From assembly GCA_040954595.2 (NCBI GenBank), contig CM082576.2:4934760-4998759 (forward strand): a stretch of 64,000 nucleotides of DNA, in the 5' to 3' direction. The position numbers and the translations under genes were made by a program. Below are positions 1 to 14,100 of this stretch, one piece after another (within the stretch, counting starts at the first letter, position 1; the number at the start of each line of letters is the position of its first letter). Below the pieces are notes generated by a model that was given only the letters and a program-made list of their open reading frames with translations, made no database searches and was not told the origin of the DNA. This stretch comes from Balanoglossus misakiensis (Eukaryota; Animalia; Hemichordata).

Positions 1-599
1 TTCGATGTGCGATCCGCAAAAAATAAAAAAATAAGGCGTACTTCCAAACGAATGTCGCTGTAACCATGAAGCCATTTGAAGATACATGTACATAAGCTTA
101 TGCTAGGAATCATGGTTGCATTTATTGCTGCGATCACAGACAAACCCCTTTTGGGAAAACGAGTCAGCGATGGACGTTTTCTGGGACTCATCCAGATTAA
201 TCCACAGACAAGTATGTCGCGAGGCAGCAAATCTGAAGTCTGTGGAATCATTTGGTTTATGATACTCGTATGATGTATGATACTCGGAATACTCAGTCTC
301 CCGACCCGGGTGTAATCTATTTCTGATCTTGAGGTCTACACTTCCTCTATTCACATAACGTCGAAGATTTTCGTTGTTTTTCAGTTCACATTTTTTCACT
401 CCAGTTTCAGACTTTGCCACGTGACTTGTGAGTGGAAGTTTGCTGTGCGCATATTTCCATCTTTGAATGAAACGATGGAGTTTTTCATTTTTTTTATCCA
501 TGATGAAAACGGGCTTCACGATCGAGGGAGGGAACGAATACAACTTTACTACCTAATCCAGTATGGTGTTTGACAACATCCAATTAAAAATTCAGTTAC

Positions 600-870
600 A
601 TGTACCATGTCTAGTATTCAAAGCAGAAATTTGGCATTGACGATCCCGAAATGATGACCGCCAATTCCTTTTGCTAAAATAACATCGGCACACAGAATGC
701 GGCAGCCATTTTGAATTTCAAATATTGTTAAGTATCATTACAATTCATGTTATTTTTTACTTCTAAGCCAAAATCTTCATAGTCACCCCAGGTTTTTCTT
801 CAGTTTTGTAAGAGATTAATGTTGTGTGTTACTGAGCAAAAGCGCAAAGCACGGAAAACACACTGCCAGT
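600..870. repeat. Probable old dispersed-repeat fragment; boundaries approximate
   Basis: Shares GGCAGCCAT(T/C)TTGAATT (701-717) with 13204-13220 (16/17 identical). No TIR or TSD resolved. Confidence 0.3.
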
Positions 871-3620
871 ATTGCAGTTATTGAATTTGGACGAAAAGCG
901 TCGGGCGACGGAGCGTTTGAATGGCCCAATTACGATTCAGCGAATATTACTTTCTCGATCACGTGAACGCAGCCACAAAGAAAAGTGGCTCATCCAATTA
1001 CAACACGTGTGTTTTTGCTATTATACCATTTCTCTGAAAACCGCCAGGTCAGCACGTTTTAATGACGAAAACAACGCACCAGCGACTCCTTGTGTGGAAA
1101 AAACGTCAAAGATGGCAATTTTATCCTTTTTCAAAAGCCACTAACTGGTATACGTATTGGTTTGTTGAATTCAGGTTGAGATAAGTTATTAGATTGACAG
1201 AGTGGCCGTTGGATCTTGGATAATACTTACAAAAATACACAGGAGTAGTTTAAGTACGCAACCAATTATACATTGTCCTTTCAACATTTTCCTGTGCACT
1301 CCAAACTTTCTCAACTACCCTAATAATTCACACTTTCCAATCAAACGATACTAAACAATTTTAAGTTATGATGACCGGATTTTGTTATAAAACATCGTTC
1401 TCAGCTACATGCCACTAACTAAATGCATGTGAATTATAGACCTCAAAGATATCTTCAGATTTTCTTTGAATTCTTCAAAACTTCATTGCAGTTGCCACAA
1501 CCTATCGGATTTTCAGTTGCTGTTTTTTAAGTGATACTGCCTTTTTGCCCGATAGAGTTGCCGAGTCCATGGAGCTACCGGTCCTTTTTATTTAATGTAC
1601 GCATATTTTATTCAAATGATAGTCATCAACGCAAGGGCAATGCCATGATTTGTAGAGTGCCCTGCAGACAGTGATCATGACCGCAATTAACTGGCATATC
1701 CCAATTGCAACGACCCAGGAACCATCAGGAGCACCAACCCCTGGGTAGACCACAATTCATGTCTTCACTTAATGGTATACGGTCACTTAACCAAATTCAT
1801 CCACATTTACCATTGAAAGTTGAGATCTACCCAATCTCAGAATTTGCCTTGTCAGGAGTGTCCTATTGGCAGGATCAGCTGTTTATAGATTTGCACCTTA
1901 TTGTTTTAGCCAATCAAACCATGTGCTATACACGCACGTATAACGAACACGGCAAACGGAAACTACTGTCAAATATCTCCAAGGGTGCCATCCAACATCA
2001 CTGGTTCCAGACACGTGCACCTCATTGGACAGCGCAAGCGTTGTAGCAATGTCATGTGATTTTGTTTTAGCCAATAACAAGGCCCGCGTTGTTTTTGAAG
2101 GATAGCAATAAATTGATTCCCCAAATGTGAATGCTTTATTGTTGAAAAAAGGTAGAGAAAATACAGGAAGTATCCTCCTTCGTGACCGCGACCAAGGCAC
2201 TGTACTGGCCAGGCCAAATTGAATAGCATGTCACGTGCCTCTTTCAGCCACTCACAAATGACAATACAAATGTTGTTGTTTTTCCCCGCTGAATATGTGA
2301 TGTTGCTCTGGAAAAGTACTGATCAACATGAATTAGGTACACATAGTCACGACAGGTCAAGTTGGCACATTTATTCAGTCTGTGATTTGTTTCCAGTCTC
2401 CCCTTTCAGTATTTTCTGCAGCAAAATTAAATGTCACGCGCATGCACGATATACTAGACTGTATTTTAAACAAGTTTCCGAGCAACAGCACGATGGACAT
2501 TCGCGAGATGTTTTGACTTTGTAACTTCGACCTGACGGGGGTACGCGATGTCTGATATTGTGCTATAATGGTATTGATATTAATAGTTGTGTTGGACACA
2601 AGTGTGATGGTACACCAGCGAGAGCGACTGGAGAACCGAATTTAGATTATGATATCGCTCACATTTGCATAGTGGCAGTGATGAAAGTGTGTTTTGGCGG
2701 GTTTTATTTTGATAAACACACCTACACACCGGTATTTCAAGTCCTGCACAATTCCGGTCTCTAATCGATGTAATGAAAACATCTATACAACTATCGCCAG
2801 TCATCTATAAGTCGTACTTATATTTTACTCCTATGAGTGTCGATTCTAATAATTCACGATCAGCGGTTACTCCAGCAACGAAATCGAGTAAAGTACCATG
2901 ATTAAACCCAGGCTGCGGGCTTTCTTCGCAAGTGTTTTTTTATCAAGCCATCGAACACTGGCTGCGTCCTGTTTTCATCAGTCTAAAACTGTGGTGTGAG
3001 AATTTTAAAATGCATTTTAGAATTGTATTTTATTTTCAAGTATGACTGACATTTACAATATGATCACGCCTCATTTGCTCACACAACTTGGCACTTTGTC
3101 AAGTAGGCCTAATATGTTTTTGTGTTTTGTTTTTAAAATTCCTGCAACATAGGTTTGAAGATATAAATTTAAAGACAGTGCCGAATTATAAGTACAATTG
3201 GTTGGAGAAGTAGGTTGATATGCCTACTGTATCTGCCATCGGCTTATTCACTGGACTGCTATCAATAATGCATGATAAAGTAAACTACAATCTCAAAAAG
3301 TAGTAAACAAACATGAAGAATACAAGTTCTAGGTTTTCGTACACGCTAGCAATACACAACGTAGTATGGATTGTGATTTTAACGAGTATGTGTAATTTAC
3401 AACTATTGACACGATTAATGGTTCTAGGTGGAAATAAAATGGCAACGGATCGCGACAGTCGATCGTAAACTTAACTACCGAGCATTACCCAGTAGCTCTT
3501 TTTAATCATGGAAAGATCAAATTCACAATAAAGTTGGGGGCAGGTGAGTAAAACGCCTCGTTACACACGTTTCATTCATGAAACAAGGAAAAGATGGCAA
3601 CATATAAACGCCTTGACAGG

Positions 3621-4046
3621 TAGTCTCGGTTACCCAGAGCCCTCTGCTTCTTCCGTTAGGCACTCCAGAAAGAGGGTCTGGGGAAACCCGGTAGACTAAC
3701 CGTCAGGCGGAATCGGGACAGCTGCGATGCATGACGGGAGATTAATATTCCAAAATGGCGACGTCCTGCGCGCGAACCCACGGCCGACATGTATGACATA
3801 CGATAAAGAAAACATGCTGAGAAGTGCTAGACCTGCTAAAACTGTATACAAATTGAAAAGAGAGAGAGAAGTTCGGTAAATAGTTTTCTAATATCGACAT
3901 ATCATAATATCGTATCGAATATTAATCTCCCGTCATGCATCGCAGCTGTCCCGATTCCGCCTGACGGTTAGTCTACCGGGTTTCCCCAGACCCTCTTTCT
4001 GGAGTGCCTAACGGAAGAAGCAGAGGGCTCTGGGTAACCGAGACTA
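3621..4046. mobile_element. Non-autonomous DNA transposon (MITE), 426 bp, perfect 130-bp TIRs, 9-bp TSD CTTGACAGG
   Basis: 3621-3750 is the exact reverse complement of 3917-4046. CTTGACAGG occurs at 3612-3620 and 4047-4055. Termini are TAGTCTC...GAGACTA. Confidence 0.95.
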
Positions 4047-4599
4047 CTTGACAGGGTGAAGAGCGCACGTAAACGGTGCGCCACCATTCTCGCGACGTGT
4101 ATACTCATAGATGAGTCGGCCATCTTTGTTTTCAAAGCTCGACTCACCGTGCACTGCGCACCGTCCTCGTCCGTAAATATTTAATGGCATTGTCTTTTTG
4201 ATATTCGACGCAATGATGTGCCGGCATTGCTCTTCAGGTCTTGTAGATGAGAATTCCCTATGGGACAGGTCGAAAAGAGTTCAATGCCGCAATATCAATA
4301 TATCGTCTGCTCTGTAGCCTTGAATTTAACGGTAATTCCATGCTTGGAATACCTGATATTGTTTCTTGCGACCGACACCTTTTTCGTTTTCAATTGTCCT
4401 ACTCGTCTTTTTCATCTTCTGTAACATCGCCTGCTCGTAGATTTATATAAAACATACAATGTTAACCAGAAATATTATTTACTTACGACGTTTTGTGGTT
4501 TCGGGGGTTTATTTTCGAATGAATTCACATGTACACTTATCTACTGTATGTACTCGCGGGGCAGGTGATACCTGACCTACTATCTGCACTTTAAAAACA

Positions 4600-5124
4600 A
4601 CAAGAGCAAGTACGTCTTTGTCGAAATCGGCGCGCTAAACATGTCTCTCGTACCGTGACCTGGCCAGTGTCGGTACACGACAGACGTAAAAAATCCGTCG
4701 GATGCCCACATCATAGTGACTAGTTCCTCTCCTGTCAACCTGGTGGTAGGGAAAATTTCGGCTACTCTGATCCCCTTCCTCGTTTTGGCCACATCGCCCA
4801 TTCGCCGAGATCTTCGGCAGCACCTGGGAGTCTCGCATATTAGACTCTGGTTGGTATTCTTTCGGATTCTGCCGAGGTGTTCAGGAATATGCCGGTTTGT
4901 ACAAGCTGCTGCCGTTGTGCCGTGAATATACGGAACCTTCCTCGGCCGAGACTCGGCAAGAAGCCGCCGCACACCACCGAACGCGCCGCCGGCCCGGCTT
5001 CCATCGCGAGCGCCGCCTTCGTTGGCAAACATTTCTCCCTGTTGTTCGAGCGACTGGAAACCGGTGAATATCACGAAAATTCGGTCGGAGAAGGTGGAAG
5101 TTGAAGACAAGGCCGCGGGTAAGT
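4600..5124 (+). promoter_or_regulatory. CpG/GC-rich island resembling a non-coding first exon ending at a strong splice donor
   Basis: High GC/CpG versus its flanks and GCGG|GTAAGT at 5118/5119. No convincing ORF in any frame. Confidence 0.35.
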
Positions 5125-6678
5125 AGCAAATACAATGGTTGACGGTTGTTCCACATGTGGAGGTCCCATCCCTTTTCTTTGTTGTTGTTGTCGGGAGATG
5201 GAACTACTTCCGCGCTAAAATATCGCGATTTTCTGATACAAGACGTTGCTGGTGAGTGGGGGTTACCAAATGTATTCGCCTGGCGTTGTGACGTGTAAAA
5301 GTTTAAAGGTGACTATGCCATGGTTTAGAGGTCAACGGTCGAAACATATGTACAGCCTTTACCCTCGGCCTAACCCGACATCCGAGATATCAGTCGAACC
5401 GTCATCACAAGGCTCTCGACCTAGCCGACAGATATAGGCCTACGTTGTTTGGGTCTTCCCAAGGTCTTCCCCGAGTTCGAAGAAATCCCGAGGAAGATAT
5501 TGGATAGGGCGTAGGTAATTTTGTCTTATAATATGTCAAAACTTGTCGTCATCTCCCTGGCCATCCGTTGGTGGCATGTTGGCCAACCAGGCGGGAAATA
5601 ACTGGATGTGTCGATAGTAAGACAATGTTTCGTCAACAAAGCAGCGAGGATTTCTCCTTCGCCGCCTATACACCCTTCGTATTCACGAGCCCCGATCCTT
5701 GCGAGAAGGCCCCCTATATTTGTGCGCGCGCTCGCGTGCACATGAGCGGCTCTGGGACGTGCGACATCCAAATTAATATGAAAAATGCGTTGCAATGGCT
5801 TGTTGAAACCAGATAGATATTTATACATATCGATAATATTATTCGGAAACTATCTGTCTGGACGCTCGAGCAGGGCGACACGAGACGACGGAAATGTAAA
5901 CAGAGGGTCATCATGGGAAATATCAAAACGGGTAGAACTGGGAAAAAATATTATAAAATGTTCGTTTACTCTTGACGGTAGAGATATATCCATAGAGGCA
6001 TATCCGTGCCTTATTTACATCCAAGGTTCATACGAAATATTCTAAATGAAGTGTGTTTGTGTGTATGTGTTTTGCAGTTGGTGGACAACCGGACTCCCTA
6101 AAAAGGGACACGTCCATAGCATTCGAGTTGCGACCCCGATAAATTAAATTGTCGAGAGATAGCCTATAATCCCGCTATTAATGCAATGCGTGGCTGACAA
6201 AAATAATGTTCGACGATGTAGTGATTGTGTTTAATAGTGATTGATAAATATTTTTTACTATTTATGGAGATAAGACCAAAAATGGAAAATTGCCGGTCGG
6301 TGGTATTAGCACCAACGATACAGCATTTGCATAATATAAGTTCCTTGGATTGTCGGATCCAAATACAGACACTGCAGCCAGTGAGACAGACCATTGTACC
6401 TCTCTATACGTCAACCATGGAAAGTACTGCAAACAACGCCATCTTTTTTATAGAGACTGAACAGGACTGAACCTTTGTGGAAAGCCGAGATGATCGGACA
6501 GTGTTTACAAGTTTCGTAATTTGTCGTCTGGTCGGCATCTACAAAAGGAGGAGTGAATGTTTCTGGAAACAAAAACAGTGTCGTGTATAGTCTATAGTTT
6601 GACGGTTAGTACCGTCCGGAATCTATGGCACCATCTTGGTCATGAATATTCATGGTACGATCTGTCATCTTTCACACA

Positions 6679-6727
6679 CCGTCATCGCCACCATTATCAT
6701 CGTCGTCATCATCATCATCGTCACCAC
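6679..6727. repeat. Degenerate (CAT/CGT/CAC)n trinucleotide tract
   Basis: Directly visible. Confidence 0.8.
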
Positions 6728-9700
6728 TTTATTGACAGACTATATCGCACTGTCTCAAACACCAACATCCCCATCAACCGAATAAAATTCAATAATGGGG
6801 ATTTGTGAAATTTTGCTTATATTTGCTCTGTTGAACTTGGGGCGGGAGCATGCATGCGTTGCTGGCGCTAAAGTCATCAACGCACCATAGTGCTTACAAG
6901 GTAGAGTGAACCATTCGAATTGCGCCTGCATTGTCACAAACTGCCCGTGAAAACAATATACCCATCGGCCTGATCCTCATCAGGGGGCCCCTTGACGGCC
7001 ATTTTCCACCATTCATGTTGTTCTGTAATGCACTTTTACACCAAGTTACATAATGTGGATCAATAAGAGAAGGCGAAAGGGGTTGAATTCATAGTACATA
7101 TGTCTTGTTTATGCCAAACACACTGAGTTCTACATGGTTACTGGTGTTGCGCGTAAAATATGCAGCTGATTCAGTACATATAATTTCAACGAAAATAGTT
7201 GTCCCAAGGTAGCATACACATCAAATATACAGAATCTTAAACTTTGCCAAATTTTGATGTTTTTGCTTCGGATACTTCTCTAAAACTGAGCACAGTATTT
7301 CGGGGTCACTATCTAAAGTTGCGGAAACTCGGAGTAGTTTTCTTTCGCATCTGCCAGCACTTGGAACTGGAAACTCCCGTCAGACTTCGCGTTTACTATA
7401 CGTGGAAGACAAGAATTGTTTGTTCCCTTAAAATGATGGGGTTTTCACGCTCCTAATCGCCCGAAAAAAACTGCTGTCGAGATTTTGAAGCAGTGCGTTC
7501 ATGTTTGGCGAAATTTGTACCCAGCTTCTGATTTCAGAATAATGAAGACACTTCCACCTATGCGGGAAATATTTTTGCTTTTTTTTGCGAAATACAATCA
7601 TAGACCATAGACACCCGAGAAGAATACGCATCTATGAATAGACTGAGTTGTAGCTATGTCTATTTTCAGGGGGAATTTTTTTCTGACGCACAAGAAACAA
7701 AAATGGGAAATTGTTAATATTTCAATATCAACTACCTCCGCCATGTACCACAGCCACGGCCCATGAGATCTTTCTTCTGCCCGGACCACTGGCACTGGCG
7801 TGTCGTCTTCTGAAATTACGTGGGATAGACATGCCGAAGGCATTTATTTATAATGTGTAAAACATATAATCAAATTTTTTCCCGTTTGATAGACTACAAT
7901 GCTGACAATTTGTCACACTTGAAGAATCGAACAATGGCGGGTCGTAAAATTTTACGACTGCCTTTTTACTAGAGGACATAACACGTGTAGGTCTAGTTGG
8001 AAATGTAGAAAATGTGGAGCAAGCTTGGTCAACACAAGTTGTGAGACCAAAACAAGTTTTTCTGTGGATATACAAACACGGAAAATCGTGATAAAAATAC
8101 AAGTGCATGTATTGCAATTCGAGCTTCGTCAAAGTGTTAACATGCGACCTCGTCCGTTCAGGGATTTATTTTCGTGGGAATTAACCAAGATTTTCCCATG
8201 TGGTTTTTTTGCGACAGACTAAAATCTAGTCCAAATGTTTTCCCTTGTGTCTCGACGTGTAGGCCTAATGTTTTTTTAAAGTCATTTCCTGATGACAATG
8301 ACGAAAATCACAAATATGGACTCCTGCATGCATTAGTCCCACCATCGAGCGTACTACTCAACGATACTTCAAAATATTTGTTTATGGTTTAAATATTAAT
8401 ATTTGGCTGTGCCGTATAACGGTATTGCTGCTGGATTTGGCGGGTCGATTTCAGGTTCTCGTATAGCATCAGAACACAGTTGAGTGACCACAAAACGACA
8501 AAGTTCGTGCCCAAATAACTAAAAACACTCTTTGCCTTTCGATGCACTTCTTCATGTGTTAAAAGCACGAAATCCTGTGCCGTTCATTTTGCAGACATCA
8601 CGTCCCTCTGCGTTTGCAAAGACACGACATCGTTTATTAATGAACAAATGGTAACTGCACAGCAAACGCTGCTGGTCACGAGCTGACGAATTCGTCTTCA
8701 TTTATGAATTCGAAAACAAATGTCCATTTTTGTACATTCTGGCTAAAACCCAACGCCTTTTATTCCTTCAACACCAGTTTAAGAGCAAGCGAAGACTTAC
8801 TCGAAGGTTTCCACCGACAACGCTGCTGCGATATGCAGCAGATCTGGTCCCAAAAAGACCCAATCAAAACAAGGCAACGCGCCAACCGGAGATATCACAA
8901 ACCAATGTCCACCAAACGACATTATGTGTGTATCTATGTTTGCAGGGCACTGAATGTCAATACAAGTGACCAAAGTCGAAACGTTAGTTTAAATTTGATG
9001 ATAATTCACCGGAGTCGATTTTGTTTTCGTGTATCGTTTTATGTTCGAATTTCTTAAGACATATAGGTGACCAGTATAAGGAAGGCCTAGATATTTGACC
9101 CGACACGAAGAAAATTGCTCCAAATTCCCGATTTCAACAAAAGAATGAAATCTTATAACAGTAAAATTACATGTATACTGTAGGATTGAGAGTCTAGTGG
9201 GTCCTTAAAATGTTTTCCGTGAGATTTTGCGAAAATGATGCACGAGTTGTGACGAATATTTCCATTAGGTTATTGTCATTGTGATAGCGTGTGCTGTACT
9301 CTTGCACCTAAGTTCGTTTGTTTATATCGGATTCTACTGTAAATTTGTTATAAAATACGACCAAAAATCTACGGCAGCATGCTATTTATATTAATTAAAA
9401 CTTGAAAATATACATACGATTCAGCTCATGCTAAAGTTTCGAAGAAAGGTGACAGCGAAAGACGTCAAAATGGTCGGGGGAAAGTGGAGTGACATCATGT
9501 TGACAGTGATCATGCCATCATGATGGAAATTTCCGACCCAAGTACGGACATATACATTGAAAACAAACGGGTGGACGAAAACAAGCGTTTGCATATTTGA
9601 TGGCATTTTCTATGGCCCCTGCAGTACTGAAAAGATTGAGGACTACAATACAGTAGGGGGAAATCATATACTGTATATATGATTATAACATAAGTATTAC

Positions 9701-10948
9701 AAATTTTTTTGGCTCTCTTTCTGTGCGAAATCTCCCCCAACAAGTCGCCAGCGCCGTTGTTCCTATAGTTTGAATACATTAAGTGGACAAAAGTTTTTGT
9801 TATATTATAAGAAAACACAGAAACGCACAATAATGTTATCGTAGCCTCTTTTATTCTAGTTATACGTGTTTTTCGTCAAATAGTTGTATATAATTACAAT
9901 TCCAACTGCAGGTCTGGGAATCGTTATGCGTTTTGTACCGCAAGCAAATGTACAACTCACAATTTTTATTGACCTGAACAACACACGCCATAATTGTACG
10001 GTTAAGCGAAAGCTTTAAGTAAAAGTAATTTAGTTTTGCAGATTATTTTAATAAAACACAAAACCAGCGTTTTGAAACAGCAGTGTTGATTTGAAGAAAC
10101 TCTCCGAAAAATGTTTATATGTCAATGAAAAAGACAACAAGCCGATTATGGCAGACTTTCCATTCGATTCCCTCAGAGGAAATTTAAGCAGAAAAAAAAA
10201 CAATTCTAAAACTATAAGGATTATGCAGATTTTCCCGAGACAAGAGAATGTTGCTTTAAAAACACAGAAAACACATCTTCTTCGGTTCGGCAAGATCGTG
10301 AATGGAAATTTTAAGGCCATTTCTTTAGGCTTGTTCACGAAAAGGATGCGCTTCTTACTTTACTGTTCCTGCTCTCGGCAGGCGCATTTTATGGCCGTGA
10401 AAAGTACATGTATTTAACTGATTCAACCGAATCGTAAAACATCAACCACTGACCAGACACCACGTTAAGACAACATCGAAACATTTAAGGTGACTGAACC
10501 AATTAACAAACCCAGCTTTGGCGGAAAGCCAAAAACAGTCGCTCGTCTTCGAAAGAATACAACTACATCGACTTGTGAGTGACAAATTTACGATCCCGGG
10601 CGTCCCGTCAATAGGACACCTTTCAATGCAGGATGTGTGCAGAGTGATGCGAAATGCTTTGCTTTATGTGTAATAATTAAACGTTAAAAACTGTCGGCTT
10701 ATCATTGGCGTCACTTGAAAGACACCGTTGACATTTTTATGTTCGTCCCTCTATTAAAAGAAGTGCAATGTTCGCACGTTAAGGGGTTGCCGTTACACGC
10801 AATTGTAGCATAAATTAAACGGGTGTGTATCGACTGCGTTCTTGCAAGTCACGGCTGTGTGTGGACGAGCAGAAACGCGCGCGCCTCCAGGGCCGAATTT
10901 TTACGAAATCATGTTTAGATGTGGGCGCATCAATCAGTACATTTGGTA

Positions 10949-11112
10949 TTCCTCTCTCTATTCCAGTTCTCTCTCCTCTCTCTCAGTGTTTCTATCTCTG
11001 TGTGTCTATGTCTGTTTTTGTTTGTCTTCGCCCCTTTACCTCTCCCACCCCTCTCTCAACATTTCAACCTCACCCTTTTCTGTTTCTGTCTATCCCTCTA
11101 TTTGTCTCTATC
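10949..11112. repeat. CT/GT-rich low-complexity degenerate microsatellite tract
   Basis: Runs of CTCT, TGTC and TCTA. Explains the overlapping spurious ORFs at 10825-11233. Confidence 0.8.
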
Positions 11113-14100
11113 GTTTGAGTTGTTTTACTACCGAGAAATGAAAAAATGGCGTCGTTCAGTAATCGGCGTAAATTTGGCCCCTGAATGGAAGCATAGTCTC
11201 GCTCCAGGCTCTATGATAGAAAGGACATGTTGAATTGTGATACTCTTGAAAAGCGCCACCAATAACCGTTGACAAGATACACTCGTCTCTTGATTTCCCG
11301 CCAAACCACAGTCACGAAATCTTTCTAAAATTTCATAAATTTACGCACTTCAGTTCATTAGATTAAGGCGGGTTAGCGAAGAATAAGAAATAAAACAGTT
11401 TTTTGATTAAAAAATAACATATGGTGGGACTACTTATTGTTAAAATTAGTTTGTCCTATTGGTGCTCTAGTTGTTCTACTTTTAAAATGTGTAACAGTAT
11501 ACTTTCTACATTCGATGAAAGGTACAGGCCTTCTCTAGCATTTGCATAGATGAAGAAGCTTTGGAATACCCACAGGGAATGCATATTCTAACTCGACGGA
11601 CAGATTGGTATCGGTCTCGGAGTTCAGCAACCGCAAAAACACGAATTTTCACCGACGCAAACAAGTCGCGTAGCTTTTCCGCGGAGCGCTCTTCCGCCAT
11701 TTCGAATTTTCGCAAAATTATCCCCCAAAATTGAATTGGAGGATAAAGCTTACTTTTTGTGATCAGTGAAGTCGTTCTCGTTTCAGATTAACAAGTTAAG
11801 TGGGGATTTCGCCGTCTTAGTCGCAGTTCATTGAGTACAGAGATTTGAAGTAGTTCGGGAAAATCTCTCTCCTGACTCGAAGTTATCCGACTCATACTAA
11901 GCGTACTTCGGCTAGCGCTCATTTTTTTCCCGCATTGCTTTACATCACCCGCCATAACCACGGCGTCACAGTATCTGAGCGTCTACCTACGCCCGCTAAC
12001 ATTCAACAGCGAACCCCGTGGTGGACTGCCAACCACGCACTATAATTCATAGCCAGCATGATAAAACTAAGCGTTGATCATGCCCACAACGCAAAACAAT
12101 GCTACAACTGAAAGTATTATATAGGGAGGAAAACCTATTGACAGAGACGAACACCGGAATCTTATATTTATTTATCTACAATTTAAAAATAAAATCGGTC
12201 TTGGGATGGTGTGGAAGAAATCGTGCCATCCATCGTCCTCTGACATCATCGTGTATCATCCTAATGTAGTTAAAATGTGCCAATTTCTCGTGTAGGACAC
12301 TGAGCGCGACCCAGCGCTGTACTCAGACGTGGGTTCATAGTATAAGCCATGTTTGGGGTTGAGTTCAGACCATCCATCGGCCACTCGGGTCGAACATCGT
12401 TCTCGTGTTTTGCATACAATAGAGAGATCTCGCATATTATCTTCCCGGATCTCGACGACCGAACTTTTCGTACCGAGTCGGTTACTGCTTATTCCATAGA
12501 TTGTGCCATACTTTATCTACCTTCAGTGAAGCAATGAAATATCAATATGGACGCGCAATTTTATATTCTGAAGTCTTCATCGAAGTTATTTTTGCAGCCT
12601 TTCAAAATTCGCACGAAAACATCGATACAGATGGAGCAGTAATGCTGTGGTACTTTCTGGAAAAAATGACAAATTCTGTCATTTACCCAGCGTTACTTAA
12701 AAACCCATTATTGCACAATTCCGAGTTGCGCTGTTTGCGTTGCCAGCATATCTGGCCTAACCACATATCATTTCTCACCTTAAACCAATCATTTAAAAAC
12801 TCTATAATCCCGCAACAATTCTACCCCCGGATGACAGGTCTTGATACCCACAAATAAACCAACAACAACCAAACTTAAAATCTCGGCTGGTACTCAGTCA
12901 CAGTAGCTGAGGGCAGACACTAACATTTCAACTGTGTCACCTGGACATTTGTTTGCATCAGTTTTTTTTTCAGCAGTTTCGGGCAAAACATGTTTTCATT
13001 AACATTGCGCCAGGGGCATGTTTAGGTATAAGTGCTCTTCGGAAATCTCCTGTACAATAATGAGATATTTTTTTTAATTACTCTTCGCCAACTTTCAAAA
13101 TTGCCTACAATTATTTCAAATACAAAAGAAACCAAAGTCTTCACATCTTGTTACAAAGAGCACCAGCAACTACAGATCTAACCATGTCGTTTACTCAGAC
13201 TTTGGCAGCCATCTTGAATTCCCTGTGCTGGTATATCTGGGATACTTTGGGTTTACCACGTAAATACTGATTGTTTTGTTTATTTTACCGGTAATATTAA
13301 AGGGGCGTGGGTAAAGTTTTGTACTTTTGAGGATAACTGTTTCTGTGCATATTACGGGTGCAATTTTAGGGATTCATTCCTGGGGGGGGGGGGTCTTCGT
13401 TTTTGGAGAGTTTGCGTTGTCATCGATACACAGGAAAGGCATTCCAGCGATGTCATCGTTGTGAGCACCAGACTTGGAATCCTCAATACCATCGACTAGG
13501 TGGCGTAAATCAGAGTGAAATATTTTGAAGTTTGCCGAACACTCTATAGGTGTCGATTTCTACACTGCCAGCTGGCTTGCTCACACAGGCCATAGCGACG
13601 AATTCCCCGTTGCTAGAATCAGGCCTCCTATGCAGGGACCCGTGGCGACGATTTTTAAGTGCCAATCAGGTTTCTCGCTGTCTCTACACGCGCTTAATTT
13701 TATTTTCGATGCAAGGCAGGTAGCACGATATTTTATTGGGCATCATTTGCAATTGTTTACCTTTTTAATGCAAAAGACAACCTTTTGGAAAACATCTTAT
13801 TTACTTTTAAAATATACCCCAGACTCAAGGAAGGCATTTTACGACCCAGCGAACTTCATGCCCCGCCTGCTGTAGCCACCCTTAATTAACCGAGGCAAAG
13901 CTACCTGACCAGAACCAACATATTATTGTCCCTTGCCAAAACAGAACACCCAGTAACCAGATGGGAGCAAGATCCCATTCTAGCCCCACGAAGGTCCGCA
14001 GTTAACGTTGACGGCACAGAGAGAACTGTCTGGAGGTAGCTTTACCGAACTGAGCTGAATCCATATTTCGTCCGCTGAATACACAGCTGGTATGCAATCC

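Noticed and set aside
1700-1900. Minus-strand KVQIYKQLILP, faintly like a LINE reverse-transcriptase C-terminus
   Set aside because: Too short, immediately interrupted by stops, and no other RT motifs.
4580-5156. Overlapping ORFs of 62-176 aa in the GC-rich island
   Set aside because: Expected from stop-codon scarcity in GC-rich DNA; no recognisable protein in any frame.
6557-6808. His-rich ORF
   Set aside because: Produced by the CAT/CGT trinucleotide tract.
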